The position numbers and the translations under genes are program-made. Under the pieces are notes generated by a model. That model searched no databases, had not been told where the DNA came from, and saw only the letters and a list, made by a program, of their open reading frames with translations. Shown here one piece after another: positions 63,764-64,000 of a stretch of DNA of 64,000 bases. Source of the stretch: Octopus sinensis (lineage: Eukaryota); the NCBI RefSeq assembly GCF_006345805.1, contig NC_043010.1:67580001-67644000 (forward strand), in the 5' to 3' direction. Each line of letters starts with the position of its first letter. Positions within the stretch are counted from its first letter, which is position 1.

Positions 63764-64000
63764 ATCATCATCATCATCATCATCATTTAACGTCCGCTTT
63801 CCATGCTAGCATGGGTTGGACGGTTCAACTGGGGTCTGGGGGCCGAAGGCTGCACCAGGCAGTCAGATCTGGCAGTGTTTCTACAGCTGGATGCCCTTCT
63901 AACGCCAACCACTCCGAGAGTGTAGTGGGTGATTTTATGTGCCACCGACACAGGTGCCAGACGAGGCTGGCGAAAGGCCACGCTCGGATGGTGTTTTTAT
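63764..64000 (-). mobile_element. SINE-C (AGGAAGGGCATCCAGCTG motif, (GAT)n tail), runs off the window
   Basis: Near-identical to 13838-13996; diverged copies near 13335-13510(-) and 14300-14450(+). Confidence 0.75.

Overview
Repeat-saturated, AT-rich eukaryotic non-coding DNA, most likely from an Octopus genome (inferred from the tRNA-derived SINE families, abundant microsatellites and TTAGGG-type repeats), with one 100-N assembly gap. No intact host gene is recognisable, and almost all ORFs in the track are microsatellite read-throughs. Real coding remnants all belong to non-LTR retrotransposons: a ~4.9-kb Tx1/L1-clade LINE (32740-37626; ORF1, APE, RT with YADD, C-terminal zinc finger; several stops and frameshifts), four R4/Dong-type fragments, one RTE-type 3' fragment and one CRE-like endonuclease fragment. 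The rest is about five SINE families and non-autonomous DNA elements (Helitron, Helentron-like, Merlin-like, mariner, Tigger-like, MULE-like, piggyBac-like, hAT-like), plus Penelope-like terminal remnants. Most notable: (1) the Tx1 LINE sits inside an (ATCT)n microsatellite with a duplicated target, and other LINE clades sit in their own microsatellite types; (2) five hammerhead-ribozyme-like motifs, one or two with intact catalytic cores; (3) one SINE retroposes as a trimeric head-B-B-A unit (16-bp TSD) and appears twice at the same site of another SINE; (4) an A-Helitron-A-Helitron-A tandem. Family names are read by eye and need database confirmation.
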